A stretch of DNA of 64,000 nucleotides from Alphaproteobacteria bacterium (GTDB lineage Bacteria > Pseudomonadota > Alphaproteobacteria > UBA7887). A program made the translations under genes and the position numbers. The stretch lies in contig CBDCGL010000011.1 of assembly GCA_965216755.1 (NCBI GenBank), forward strand, positions 3,872,001 through 3,936,000, given 5' to 3'. The notes beneath the pieces are model-generated. The model saw only the letters and a list, made by a program, of their open reading frames with translations, did not search any database and had not been told where the DNA came from. Shown here piece after piece: positions 7,246 through 19,284 of the stretch. How positions within the stretch are numbered: position 1 is the stretch's first letter; each line of letters begins with the position of its first letter.

Positions 7246-7281
7246 GTGTTCACTTGTGGCCGGATCAAGCCCGGCCACGAC
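7246..7281. repeat. REP-like palindromic element, same family as 57205-57449
   Basis: GTGTTCACTTGTGGCCGGATCAAGCCCGGCCACGAC matches the reverse complement of 57273-57309. Confidence 0.7.
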
Positions 7282-7368
7282 CACTTCTCTTTAGGAACGA
7301 GCTCTTTTGGGGATGAGTGCGTTCAACGCGCGCACCGCAGGTCAGCTTCAGACCGCAACACTGCTCTA

Positions 7369-8202
7369 GGGCTTGTTGAGATTCATCGAGAATTGATGAC
7401 CGCGGCGCATGCGTGAATCATGGAACAAAAGTTACGATCTGTCTTTTCGCAACGCATGGCGACCGCTTTGAATTCCTTGAGCTTCGCAAAGAAGTTTTCG
7501 ATCAGGTGGCGCCACTTGTAGATCTCCAGATCAATCTTGAGAGGGGCCAACCTCTGGGGGCGTTGCGAAATGACGATCTGCGCCCCGCGTTCATTCATCT
7601 CTTCGATGATCCAGTTGGAATCGAATGCTTTATCGGCCAGCACTGCGTCGAATTCGATGTCTTCGATTAGCGGCGCAACACCGACCGTATCGTAACGGTT
7701 TCCCGCCAGCAGGACAAAGCGTACGAGATTTCCCAAGCCATCCGTCAGCGCAAGGATTTTGGTGGTCCAGCCTCCCTTCGACTTGCCGATGGCTTGATTT
7801 TGAGTCCCCCTTTTGCGCCGTGTCCGTGGCGGTGGACCGGAACAATGGTGGCGTCGATCATGGCATATTCCATATCAGGGTCATCCGAGACCGCGGCAAA
7901 GAGGCGTTCGAAAACGCCCGCCTTCGACCAATCGTCAAACCGCTTGAATACCGTGTTCCACTTGCCGAATTCTTCAGGAAGATCGCGCCAAGGACTGCCC
8001 GTCCGCGCCTTCCACAAAACCCCTTCGACAAACAACCGGTTGTTATCACCACTGCGGCCCGGATCAGTCCGCTTGCCTAAGCAATGCGGCTCCATCTTGG
8101 CCCATTGATCGTCTGAAAGTACTGTACGCGTCATCAAAGCCCCCAAAAGGAAGCTTGAATCACAAATACAACACCATGGGAATCCTAATTCTCAACAAGC
8201 CC
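7369..8202 (-). mobile_element. IS5-family insertion sequence (two-ORF type), about 0.83 kb
   Basis: Terminal inverted repeats GGGCTTGTTGAGA / TCTCAACAAGCCC, CTAG/TA at both junctions, internal transposase. Confidence 0.92.
7383..8134 (-). CDS. IS5-family transposase made by -1 frameshift joining orfA (7745..8134) and orfB (7383..7736)
   Basis: orfA LSDDQW...RTGSPWRDLPEEFGKWNTVFKRF..W, IDATIV; slippery AAAAGGGGGA at 7814-7805; orfB LADKAFDS, YKWRHLIENFFAKLK. Confidence 0.88.
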
Positions 8203-8684
8203 TAGTTCAGCTGTTTGCCGAGACCCTTGATGGCATCGTTAATCAACCTGGCGCCACGTTTTTCGTCGACGGTGTTCTCGATCGCATGTGCCGTCGCCGA
8301 CATGGCGATGTCTACGGTTAAGGACTGAATTTCATCCAGCGCGCGTGCTTCGGCTTGGCCAATCTTGTCTTTGGCCAGCTGCTCCCGGCGCGCGAGTTGG
8401 TCGGCGATATGGGTCTTGGCTTCCTCTGATATGCGTGCTGCTTCCTCGCGCGCATGGGTGATGATCGCCTCTGCCTCGGCGGCCGCCTCGCGTTGTTTAC
8501 GCTGATACTGCGCAAGCAGGTTCTGCGCTTCCTCGCGCAAGCGCACCGCTTCCTCGAGTTCTTGGCGAATGCGTTCGCTGCGGGCATCCAATTGGCCAGT
8601 CAGCGCCCGATAGATCTTGGCACCGAAGAAAACGAAAAACAGGACAAACGCGACCGCGACCCAGAATTCCGGACTGCTCAGCAT
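8202..8684 (-). CDS. atpF: F0F1 ATP synthase subunit b
   Basis: N-terminal TM PEFWVAVAFVLF, long coiled coil LDARSERIRQELEEA; operon position; alternative GTG start 8690. Confidence 0.92.
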   Translation of the reverse strand: MLSSPEFWVAVAFVLFFVFFGAKIYRALTGQLDARSERIRQELEEAVRLREEAQNLLAQYQRKQREAAAEAEAIITHAREEAARISEEAKTHIADQLARREQLAKDKIGQAEARALDEIQSLTVDIAMSATAHAIENTVDEKRGARLINDAIKGLGKQLN

Positions 8685-8727
8685 GGTCACCTTTCCTTTT
8701 TTCGCGCCGCCATGGCCATCATCATGC

Positions 8728-9210
8728 TTACTCTTGAACCTTGGCCAGGGCGGCCTTTACTGTCGCGGCGGTTGGTTTCGCGCCAATCAGTTTCTTGGTG
8801 GCGTCCGTTACCAATTCAGCCGCGACGCCACGGATTTCAGCCATGGCCTTGGTTTTCGCGTCGGCGATACGGCCCTCCGCGTCCGCGACCATCACATTGA
8901 GGCGCGCGGTCAGTTCGTCGTTGCGTTGGGTCGACAGGGCCGCCACCTCTTGTGTTGCGCCCACGGTCACGTCATGCGCTTCGGCGCGCGCCCGGGCGAG
9001 CGACGCCTCGTAGGCGGCCAGCACTGATTCAGCTTCTGCTTTTAGGGCCTCGGCACGCTGCAAATCGTTTTCCAAGCGTTGGCGTCGCGCCTGCATAACC
9101 TCTTGGATGCGCGGCAACGCGGTGCGCGCCATCAGCACATAAAGCACCACGAAACATACGACCAACCAAAAGATTTGCGGCAGAAATGTCGCGCTATCGA
9201 GTTGCGGCAC
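8728..9210 (-). CDS. F0F1 ATP synthase subunit b'
   Basis: MPQLD..TF.PQIFWL signature of alphaproteobacterial b'. Confidence 0.92.
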   Translation of the reverse strand: MPQLDSATFLPQIFWLVVCFVVLYVLMARTALPRIQEVMQARRQRLENDLQRAEALKAEAESVLAAYEASLARARAEAHDVTVGATQEVAALSTQRNDELTARLNVMVADAEGRIADAKTKAMAEIRGVAAELVTDATKKLIGAKPTAATVKAALAKVQE

Positions 9211-9274
9211 GCGCGCCTCCTACAAGTCGAACCTTAGCCCAACGACCAAGGCGTTCAAAAACGCCGACGGCCAA

Positions 9275-9499
9275 TCAGGTGAACAGAATGAGGAATGCGA
9301 TCAGCAGCGCGAACAACGCGATCGCTTCGGTCAGCGCGAAGCCCAGCAACACATTGCCAAACACGCGTGACTGTGCGGCCGGGTTACGGGCGACGGCGGA
9401 TACGAAGCTGCCGAAGATTGTGCCGATACCCACCCCCACGCCAGCAAGCGCTATGGTGGCGAGGCCCGCGCCGATCATTTTGGCGGCGTCAAGTTCCAT
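9275..9499 (-). CDS. atpE: F0F1 ATP synthase subunit c
   Basis: [15 protein letters not shown] loop, ALTEA with the proton-binding Glu. Confidence 0.97.
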   Translation of the reverse strand: MELDAAKMIGAGLATIALAGVGVGIGTIFGSFVSAVARNPAAQSRVFGNVLLGFALTEAIALFALLIAFLILFT

Positions 9500-9545
9500 G
9501 GCAAGGGATCCTTTCTGGTCTCACTTTCGGTTTCGATGATCTGAA

Positions 9546-10382
9546 CTAGTGATGCAAATGGATGGCGTCGTTTAGATAGAGGCAGCTCAACACCGCGAAC
9601 ACATAGGCCTGCAAGAACGCGATACCCATTTCCAAGCCGGTCAAGGCGACGATCAGCAAGAGTGGCGCGATGCCCCCGACCAGCCCCAGCGCGATGACGA
9701 AGCCGCCGAACACCTTGAGCATTGTGTGGCCGGCCATCATGTTGGCGAAAAGCCTCAGGCTGAGGCTGACCGGGCGGACGAAATAGGACATCACCTCGAT
9801 CGGCACCAAAATCGCCAACAGCGGTATGGGCACGCCTTCGGGTACGAAAAACGACAGGAATTTCCCGCCGTGTCGGGCGAAGCCGATTAGCGTGACACCG
9901 ACGAATACCACTGCCGCCATCGTGAAGGTCACGATGATATGGCTGGTATAAGTGAAGCTGTAGGGAATCATGCCAAGCATGTTGCCCATCAAAATGAACA
10001 CGAATAGTGTAAAGATGAACGGGAAATAGCGGCGGCCCTCGCTGCCCACATTATCGCGAATCATGTTGGCGATAAATTCGTAGGACAGCTCGGCGATCGA
10101 TTGCCAACGCCCCGGTACCAGGGCGCGGCTACGCACACTGAAGGTAAACAGCAGCGTGGCGACAACAATGCCGATCACCATCCACAACGCGGAATTGGTG
10201 AAAGACAAATTTAGATCGCCGAAATGAAGGCTGATCAATTCCTTGATTTCGAACTGCTCCAGCGGGCCGTGCGCTTCACCGCCGTGACCATCCGCCACAC
10301 CGTGGCCGTCGGCGGGCGCGTGGTCACCGTCAGTCGCTGCAGCGCCTGACTCCGGATGCTCGTTTTGCTGTTCGTCTGCCAC
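9546..10382 (-). CDS. atpB: F0F1 ATP synthase subunit a
   Basis: PLEQF, SFTNS, RPVSLSLRLFANMMAGH, LQAYVF. Confidence 0.97.
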   Translation of the reverse strand: MADEQQNEHPESGAAATDGDHAPADGHGVADGHGGEAHGPLEQFEIKELISLHFGDLNLSFTNSALWMVIGIVVATLLFTFSVRSRALVPGRWQSIAELSYEFIANMIRDNVGSEGRRYFPFIFTLFVFILMGNMLGMIPYSFTYTSHIIVTFTMAAVVFVGVTLIGFARHGGKFLSFFVPEGVPIPLLAILVPIEVMSYFVRPVSLSLRLFANMMAGHTMLKVFGGFVIALGLVGGIAPLLLIVALTGLEMGIAFLQAYVFAVLSCLYLNDAIHLHH

Positions 10383-10409
10383 GCGCTGTTGCTTCCTTCG
10401 TCCGACGCA

Positions 10410-10808
10410 TTATCTGCGGTCTGAGTCTTCGTCTTGCGTGCCCGACTGGCTTTCCGCCGGTTGACCGAATCCCGCCCGCATGATCGCCCGATACGTATTA
10501 AGGGCGCCCGCGCCGGCGCCCAAAAAGAAAAACACAATGAACATGAACGGTTTTGTCCCCAACCAATGGTCGAGCACATAACCGAAACCCAGCCCGACAG
10601 CGACTCCCGCGACCATTTCGACACCGACTCGCAATGCCATGCTCAAAGGCGTTGCGCTCCGGCCGACCGCCGGCCCCCGCGATGGGGGCGGTGCCGTCGC
10701 GGTGCGCAAACGTTTCAGCCGTTCGCCGAGTGTGGCAAGCTTATCCGACTCGGAATTCCTTGGATCCGAAGGGTCTGGACTGTCTGGCCGAGGTCGGCTA
10801 TCCGGCAT
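10410..10808 (-). CDS. atpI: ATP synthase protein I (AtpZ/AtpI family)
   Basis: EMVAGVAVG.G.GY.LDHWLGTKP motif, first gene of F0 operon. Confidence 0.88.
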   Translation of the reverse strand: MPDSRPRPDSPDPSDPRNSESDKLATLGERLKRLRTATAPPPSRGPAVGRSATPLSMALRVGVEMVAGVAVGLGFGYVLDHWLGTKPFMFIVFFFLGAGAGALNTYRAIMRAGFGQPAESQSGTQDEDSDRR

Positions 10809-10858
10809 GAAGGCCGCGCACCATTGGGCCACGATGGGTACCATCGAAAGGCGGCCGC

Positions 10859-10887
10859 ACGATACGCATTGCAGGAAACCCTGTCAA
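10859..10887 (-). promoter_or_regulatory. Sigma-70 promoter of the atp operon
   Basis: Minus strand TTGACA-N17-TATCGT. Confidence 0.7.
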
Positions 10888-10951
10888 GACCGCGGCTTAA
10901 CAATTAAATATATGTTATGTAAGGGTTTTTCGAAATTCGTGCGGACCGGTT

Positions 10952-13900
10952 CTATTCCGCAGCTTGCAAATGCTCGGCATCGCCCAAATCAACCGAAACC
11001 AATTTGGAGATGCCGCGCTCGCTCATGGTCACCCCGAACAGGCGATCAACCCGGGCCATGGTCAGCCGATGATGTGTGATCACCAAAAAACGGGTCTGGG
11101 CGCTGTGGGCGATTTCGGTCAAAAGGTCGCAAAACCGATCGACGTTTGAATCGTCAAGCGGTGCGTCAACCTCGTCCAACACGCAGATCGGGGCCGGCTT
11201 GGTTAGAAATACGGCAAACAACAAAGACAGGGCCGCCAAGGCTTTTTCACCGCCCGATAGCAGCGACAGGTTCTGCAGTCGCTTGCCGGGTGGGCTGGCA
11301 AGGATTTCCAATCCGGCCTGCAAAGGATCCTCGTCGCCGACCAGCGACAAGTGGGCGCGGCCGCCGCCGAACAAGCGCACGAACAGTGGCTGGAAATGGG
11401 CATTGACTTTGTCAAAGGCATCCAGCAAACGCTGACGGCCTTCACGGTTCAATGAGCCGATGGCGGCGCGCAATCGTGTAATCGCCGCGATCAGGTCGGC
11501 GCGTTCCGTTTCCAAGCCGTCGATGCGTTCGCCCAGCTCGCGGGCTTCTTCTTCGGCGCGCAAGTTCACGGCGCCCATGCCGTCACGCTCCGCCATGAGC
11601 CGACTTAGCCGCCGATCAATATCTTCGATCGATGGCAAATCCTCGGCTGCGGCAATTTCCGCAATGGCCAAGGCTTGGTCCGGCGCACAGTCGAGTCGCT
11701 CGCGGAGCCGTTGGACCTCGACATCACGCAAGCTTGTCGCCTGTTCCAGCCGACCGTCGGTGCGCGCTTTTGTTTCACGGCCGGCGGCCAAAGCTTCGTT
11801 TGCCGACCTTAGCGCGCGATCACACTCGGCCGCGTGCGCCTCGGCCCGCGCCAAAACATCGGCCGCCTTGCCGTGCAGATCTTCGACTTGTTCCATCTTG
11901 TCGAACAAGACTTGCCGTTCGGCGTCGATCTTGGTCGGCTCGGCGCTCAAGCGCGCCAGCTCAACCGCCATGTTGTCACGGCGCTCACCCAGCGCCGTAA
12001 GGCGGTTGCCGGCGCCATCGCGGCGTCGCGCCCAGTCACTGGTCTCGCGCGCGATATCGTCGAGTCGGTGCCGTCGGGTGTTGGCCTCGCCAGTAAGGCG
12101 ATCATGGTTGCGCGCCAACTCGTCCCGGGTGGCGCGGGCGGCAGCCAGGCGCGCACGCGCGGCATCACGCGGCTCGCGGACATGATCCGGGTCGGGAAGA
12201 GAGGCGAGCGCGTGCTCGGCCGCATCCAACTGTTCGACGTGCTCATGCTGGTCGGCCCGCAACTGCACCAGTGAGTCCGTCAATGTGTCGAGGCGTGATT
12301 GGTTCTTGGCGTGAGTTTCCGCCGCGGCACTGTGTCGCTCCGTGGCATGATCCAAGGCTCGCTGCGCTTCGGCATAGCGTTTGCGGGCGGCCGCTTCCGC
12401 CGCGCGTGCGCCCTCACATGCTTGTCGGGCGTCGGTCAGCGCGCCATTGCGCGCCGTCAAATCCGCTTCGGCGGTGGCCAACGCGGCGTCGCTTTCCGTC
12501 ACCATGTCTTTGAGATCAGCCAGTCGATTGCGCTGTTTGAGTCGCGCGGCGGCGGCGCTGGGCACGTCTCCCTGAACCACCAGGCCATCCCAACGCCACA
12601 GCCGACCGTCCCCGCTGACCAAGCGTTGGCCCTGGTGAAGGTCACGTTGCAGCGCGAAGCCATCGTCGGCGGCGATTACGCCAATTTGCGAAAGCCGGCG
12701 CTGCAATGATGCCGGGCCATTCACAAATTTCGTCATTGGCGTGGTGCCTGCCGGCAAGGGCGGTAGCGTTTCCGCCGCACCCAGGTCGCGCCAAAAGATC
12801 GGCATGTTACCGTCGTCGTCGGCCGCGGCGAGGTCGTCGCCGAGCGCCGTACCGAGCGCGGTCTCGTAACCGGCGGCGACGGTCAGTTGGTCCAGTATCG
12901 GCGCGACATCCGTGCCAATTTGCTCAGCTGACGCCAGCAAATCCTCTAACGCCGCGACTTCGGCGGCGAGTCGCGCGTGCCGCGCCTGGGCGTCATCGAA
13001 CTGGTCCCGCGCCAGTCGCTGCGCCGTTTCGGCGTGGTCGCGACCATGTTCGGCCGTGCTGCTGTCGGCTTGCGCCTGATCAAAGTACGCGCGCGCCGCG
13101 GCAACGGCGGCACGCGCGTCTTCCTGGTCTTGCAGCGCCTGTTGCGCCTCGTCATTTGGCGTATCGGTAAGCGCGCGCAATTGTGCACATTGCTGTTCCA
13201 ATTCGGCCAACCGCGAACGTATTGCCGCAGCGCGGCGCGACAAGTCTTCCACGCGGCGCGCACTTGCGGCGCGCTCGGCTTCCGTCTTTGAGACGATATC
13301 GGTATGACGCGCGGCCTCGTGTTCCAGCGTTTCGATATTGTGGTTGGCGGTTTGTAGTGCCGCCGCGCTATCCGCCAAGCTGGCGGCCTCGCCGTCTTGG
13401 TCCTGACGCAAGGCCCGTGCTTCACCGTCCATCCGCGCCGTTGCTTCGATCGCGTCTTCGCGCAGGCTTTCTTCGCGGGCGATGTCGCCGTCGATTTGTG
13501 CCGACTGCCGTTTGATCGAGTCAATTTCCTGCTGCACGCGTTGAATGCGATCGTCCAGCCGTTCACGGGCCAGGTTTAGATGATGCACGGCCGCGCCGGC
13601 CTCCGCCTCGGCCTGGCGCAAACCCGGCAACGCGGCCGCGGCCTCAGCCTGGGCTGCGGCGCAGCCCGCGGCCCGGCGCGTGCAGTCCGTCAACGCCTCG
13701 GTGGCCGATTCCGACTCGGCGCTGGCGATTTCGACCGCGGACTCCGTTTCTTGCCATTGATGGAACAACTTGGCCGCTTCGGCTTTGCGAATACGGTCAT
13801 TGATCGAGCGATAACGCGCGGCCTGCCGGGCCTGTTTTTTCAACCCCTGAAGTTGCGATTGCAAGGTGCCGATCAAGTCTTCCAGCCGCTGCAAATTGCC

Positions 13901-14464
13901 TTCGGCGGCATTCATGCGCAGTTCGGCTTCGTGACGGCGGGTGTGTAGGCCCGTGATGCCGGCGGCTTCTTCCAACAGATGCCGACGTTGGGTGGGCTTG
14001 GCGCCGATAATGGCGCCGATTTGGCCCTGGCTGACCAAGCTGGTCGAGCGCGCCCCCGACTGGGCGTCCGCAAACAGCAACTGGACATCGCGGGCGCGCG
14101 CGTCCTTGCCATTGATGCGGTACACGGATCCCGAGTGCCGTTCAATCCGGCGCGAGACATCGATGTCTTCCGCGGTATTGTATGGCCCGCTGGCATCAAG
14201 CTTATCGTTGCGCAAACTCAGCGCGACTTCGGCGACATTGCGTGCCGGACGAAACGCGGTGCCGCCAAATATGACATCGTCCATTTCGCCGCCACGCATT
14301 TGCTTGGCGGAGTTCTCTCCCATGACCCAGCGCAGCGCTTCGACCAAATTGGACTTGCCGCAGCCATTCGGTCCGACAACGCCGGTCAAGCCAGGCAGGA
14401 TCAGCAGCTCAGTGGGGTCGACGAAAGATTTGAACCCGGTCAGCCGGAGGCGGGTGAATTGCAC
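10952..14464 (-). CDS. smc: Chromosome segregation protein SMC
   Basis: GFKSF, Walker A GPNGCGKSN, long coiled coils with hinge, LSGGEK signature, Walker B VLDEVDAPLD. Confidence 0.97.
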   Translation of the reverse strand: MQFTRLRLTGFKSFVDPTELLILPGLTGVVGPNGCGKSNLVEALRWVMGENSAKQMRGGEMDDVIFGGTAFRPARNVAEVALSLRNDKLDASGPYNTAEDIDVSRRIERHSGSVYRINGKDARARDVQLLFADAQSGARSTSLVSQGQIGAIIGAKPTQRRHLLEEAAGITGLHTRRHEAELRMNAAEGNLQRLEDLIGTLQSQLQGLKKQARQAARYRSINDRIRKAEAAKLFHQWQETESAVEIASAESESATEALTDCTRRAAGCAAAQAEAAAALPGLRQAEAEAGAAVHHLNLARERLDDRIQRVQQEIDSIKRQSAQIDGDIAREESLREDAIEATARMDGEARALRQDQDGEAASLADSAAALQTANHNIETLEHEAARHTDIVSKTEAERAASARRVEDLSRRAAAIRSRLAELEQQCAQLRALTDTPNDEAQQALQDQEDARAAVAAARAYFDQAQADSSTAEHGRDHAETAQRLARDQFDDAQARHARLAAEVAALEDLLASAEQIGTDVAPILDQLTVAAGYETALGTALGDDLAAADDDGNMPIFWRDLGAAETLPPLPAGTTPMTKFVNGPASLQRRLSQIGVIAADDGFALQRDLHQGQRLVSGDGRLWRWDGLVVQGDVPSAAAARLKQRNRLADLKDMVTESDAALATAEADLTARNGALTDARQACEGARAAEAAARKRYAEAQRALDHATERHSAAAETHAKNQSRLDTLTDSLVQLRADQHEHVEQLDAAEHALASLPDPDHVREPRDAARARLAAARATRDELARNHDRLTGEANTRRHRLDDIARETSDWARRRDGAGNRLTALGERRDNMAVELARLSAEPTKIDAERQVLFDKMEQVEDLHGKAADVLARAEAHAAECDRALRSANEALAAGRETKARTDGRLEQATSLRDVEVQRLRERLDCAPDQALAIAEIAAAEDLPSIEDIDRRLSRLMAERDGMGAVNLRAEEEARELGERIDGLETERADLIAAITRLRAAIGSLNREGRQRLLDAFDKVNAHFQPLFVRLFGGGRAHLSLVGDEDPLQAGLEILASPPGKRLQNLSLLSGGEKALAALSLLFAVFLTKPAPICVLDEVDAPLDDSNVDRFCDLLTEIAHSAQTRFLVITHHRLTMARVDRLFGVTMSERGISKLVSVDLGDAEHLQAAE

Positions 14465-14617
14465 GGATGGGTTCCCTAAACGACCCCACCAGGCGCGCGC
14501 CGAGCCCGTGCCGGCGGCTTGTCTGCGAAAGACCGCGTGGGCCTCAGATTGGTCTTGTTCGGCCCCATATCTGCTTTGTTACGCACGCCGCCCTTCCCCC
14601 GTGGATCGACCGAGGCT

Positions 14618-14731
14618 CATCTATATATGGATGTGAGCCCAGGTCAAACCACAAAATAAGGGCGGATCCCGCGCTTCGTACTTGACATTGCGACCAAGCC
14701 ACAGCGGCACGGGAACCACGATATGTAGTGG
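14618..14731. promoter_or_regulatory. NrdR-box-like palindromes upstream of smc
   Basis: CATCTATATATGGATG (14618), weaker CCACAAAATAAGGGCG (14649), CCACGATATGTAGTGG (14716) resemble acaCwAtATaTwGtgt. Confidence 0.45.
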
Positions 14732-14746
14732 CCAAGGGGCGGCCCC

Positions 14747-15412
14747 CTATTGAGCCGCCGCTTCGATCCGCTCGGTTAAATCGTCTTTTGACGGAATGCC
14801 ACTGATGGTTTCGTCGTTGATGACGAAGCTCGGTGTCGACTTGATGTCATGCGCGTTCTGACCGTCGAGCCGAATTTTCAGGATCTCGTCCTGCAGGGAT
14901 TCATTGGCCATGCAGGCTTCGAAAGCCTCTTTGCTCACCCCGCCCATGTTGGCGATTTTCGCCAATTCGGCTTTCGGATCATCAGCAAAAGCCCATTTGC
15001 GCTGGCGCTTGAACATCAACTCAAGGAACGGGAAATATTTGTCACGATCGGTGCAGTGCGCCAATTGCGCCCCCCAAAGGGCCGGTGCATTGAGCGGAAA
15101 GTCACGATAGATCAAATTGGCCTCGCCGGTGTCGATGAAAGTCTCTTTCACCCACGGCATCATGTCATTGTGGAAATCGGCACAATGGGGGCAACTGAGC
15201 GATGCATATTCGATGATTGTGACCGGTGCATTGGGGTCGCCCAGCATAGGGTCCTGGTGTGCGGTGGTCCGCACGGCGACATCGGCCGTCACCTGGTCTT
15301 CCGCCGTCGCCGACCAGCCCAAGCCCGCTGTCAGCAATACGCCAATGCACAACGCCGCGAGATACCGGGTCGCGTGGTGCTTTGCCCCATTCTTGTCCAG
15401 AGCTGAGATCAT
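14747..15412 (-). CDS. DsbA-family thioredoxin-fold protein
   Basis: LGDPNAPVTIIEYASLSCPHCADFH, YRDFPL, STPSF. Confidence 0.92.
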   Translation of the reverse strand: MISALDKNGAKHHATRYLAALCIGVLLTAGLGWSATAEDQVTADVAVRTTAHQDPMLGDPNAPVTIIEYASLSCPHCADFHNDMMPWVKETFIDTGEANLIYRDFPLNAPALWGAQLAHCTDRDKYFPFLELMFKRQRKWAFADDPKAELAKIANMGGVSKEAFEACMANESLQDEILKIRLDGQNAHDIKSTPSFVINDETISGIPSKDDLTERIEAAAQ

Positions 15413-15537
15413 GGCGTTTCCTTTCTGCGCGCGACCGATGCGTTGGCGCGTGATTTTGGCGAACTTTCCCTTGATAGCTAGGGAATAAGCGGCGACGGCG
15501 CAAGGGTTGTTGTTTACGGCAGAGATAAAGCGCCCTG

Positions 15538-16026
15538 TCAGTGACGGCGGTCGCCTTTCGGCCGCGCCAGAACGGCCTTGCCCAGATCGGTCAACGCGTC
15601 CTTGAGGGGGCCGTCGTCCATATCGGCCAGTGTTGCGCGCAAACGCGCGGAATCATACCGTGCGGGCGCCTCGGTCGCCGCCGGCTTGGCGGTGGGGCGA
15701 ATGATCGGGCCCTGACGCAATGCCAACTTCTTGACCGCGCGGAATCCGAAATATGTGGCAATACGGTCCAGCAAGACCGGTTCCAAATGCTGAAGCTCGA
15801 GCGCGAAACCACTATTGACGCGAATCGCCAACGTGCCGTTGCGCCGCAGGCGTTCGGGGCAGCTTTGGCGGGCAAGCAAAGGGCCGACGATCTGTGGCCA
15901 GTCGGTCAGGATCGCCGCCTCGTAGAACCCCCGCGAATCGAATGCGGATTGGGCGATATCGCTGACCATTGCGCCTAGCGGTTTGATCTTACCGCGCTTG
16001 GACCGTCCTATCGCCATGGGCCGCAT
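15538..16026 (-). CDS. DUF721/DciA-family protein
   Basis: RGF..A.IL.DWPQIVG..LA..S.PERL, ALELQH..P..LDRI..YFG..AV; usual position divergent from mutY; start 16026 or 16017. Confidence 0.82.
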   Translation of the reverse strand: MRPMAIGRSKRGKIKPLGAMVSDIAQSAFDSRGFYEAAILTDWPQIVGPLLARQSCPERLRRNGTLAIRVNSGFALELQHLEPVLLDRIATYFGFRAVKKLALRQGPIIRPTAKPAATEAPARYDSARLRATLADMDDGPLKDALTDLGKAVLARPKGDRRH

Positions 16027-16118
16027 ATCACCAATATATTCTGCTTGCGCGTCGAACTGATTGTCGCGCGCAGCTGATACTGCCAGAGTGGCGCACCGCG
16101 CGCGAACGGTAACATGCC

Positions 16119-18358
<2,240 letters not shown>

Positions 18359-18488
18359 TCATAAATCAATATGGAACTAACGCAAGGGCTCGCAAGGACG
18401 GGCACAGCGGGGCTGCGTCGCGCGTGCGCGGCCAACCGGCCGACCGCCGGCGGATAACCCGCCGACCACACCCGGGCAGATCGGAGAG

Positions 18489-19272
18489 ATGGCTGAGACC
18501 GAACATGATTACGCCTATGACGATCGCTTTGCGGCGATGGCCGAACTGGTTTGGGGGCCGGGACTTCTGTCGGGCGCGGCGGCGACTTACCGGCGCTTGT
18601 TTGACGGCGTGGCAACGCGCGGTTGTCGAATCCTGGATATCGGTTGTGGGCTCGGCGGCGCCGATATCATGTTGATTCGCGAGTGTGGCTGCGCGGCATG
18701 TCACTGGGCTTGAGGTCAACTCGGCATTGATTGCGCGCGCGACAGCCCTGGCGGATGCCGCGGGCGTGGCGGACAGAATAACTTATCGGCTAGTGTCGCC
18801 CGGACCGTTACCGCTACCGGATCAGAGCTTTGATGTCGCGTTTAGCAAGGGTGTTCTGATCCACATAGCCGACGAAACGGCGTTCTTCACTGAGGCGCTT
18901 CGAGCCTTGTGCCCCGGGGGTCGATATTTGGCTTCGGATTGGACGGATGGCGATACCGGTGGCGATAGCCCGGAAATGTTGGCTTTGCGGGCGGCTTTTG
19001 GTGGTCCGGTCGCGCTGCGCACGGCCGCCGATCGGCATCGGGACTTGGTCGCGGCCGGATTTACCGATGTCACGTTTTGGGTCGATCCCCACGCGGCGGG
19101 TGTCGCGCGACGCGAGCACGCGCAAATGACCGGGCCGTTGCGGTCGGCATTGGTTGGTCTGCTGGGGCCGGAACGCTATCGCCACGAGTGTCATCTTTGG
19201 CAACTGACCGTCACGGCGTTCGAAAGCGGCGCGCTTCTCAACGGCAGATTTCAAGCTCGCAAACCGGATTGA
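18489..19272 (+). pseudogene. Class I SAM-dependent methyltransferase split by a frameshift near 18685-18700
   Basis: 5' part WGPGLLSG...ILDIGCGLGG (18489..18713) continues in another frame as HVTGLEVN...PLPLPDQSFDVAFSKGVLIHIAD...L.PGG (to 19272). Confidence 0.75.
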
Positions 19273-19284
19273 GCGGTTGGCGCT

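Noticed and set aside
7383-8134. Transposase pseudogene
   Set aside because: The two-ORF layout with an AAAAGGGGG slippery site is normal for this IS5 group and the IRs are intact.
10952-14464. SMC as part of a Wadjet/Mks defence system
   Set aside because: Canonical housekeeping SMC in the usual dsbA-DUF721-mutY context with no jetABD-like neighbours.
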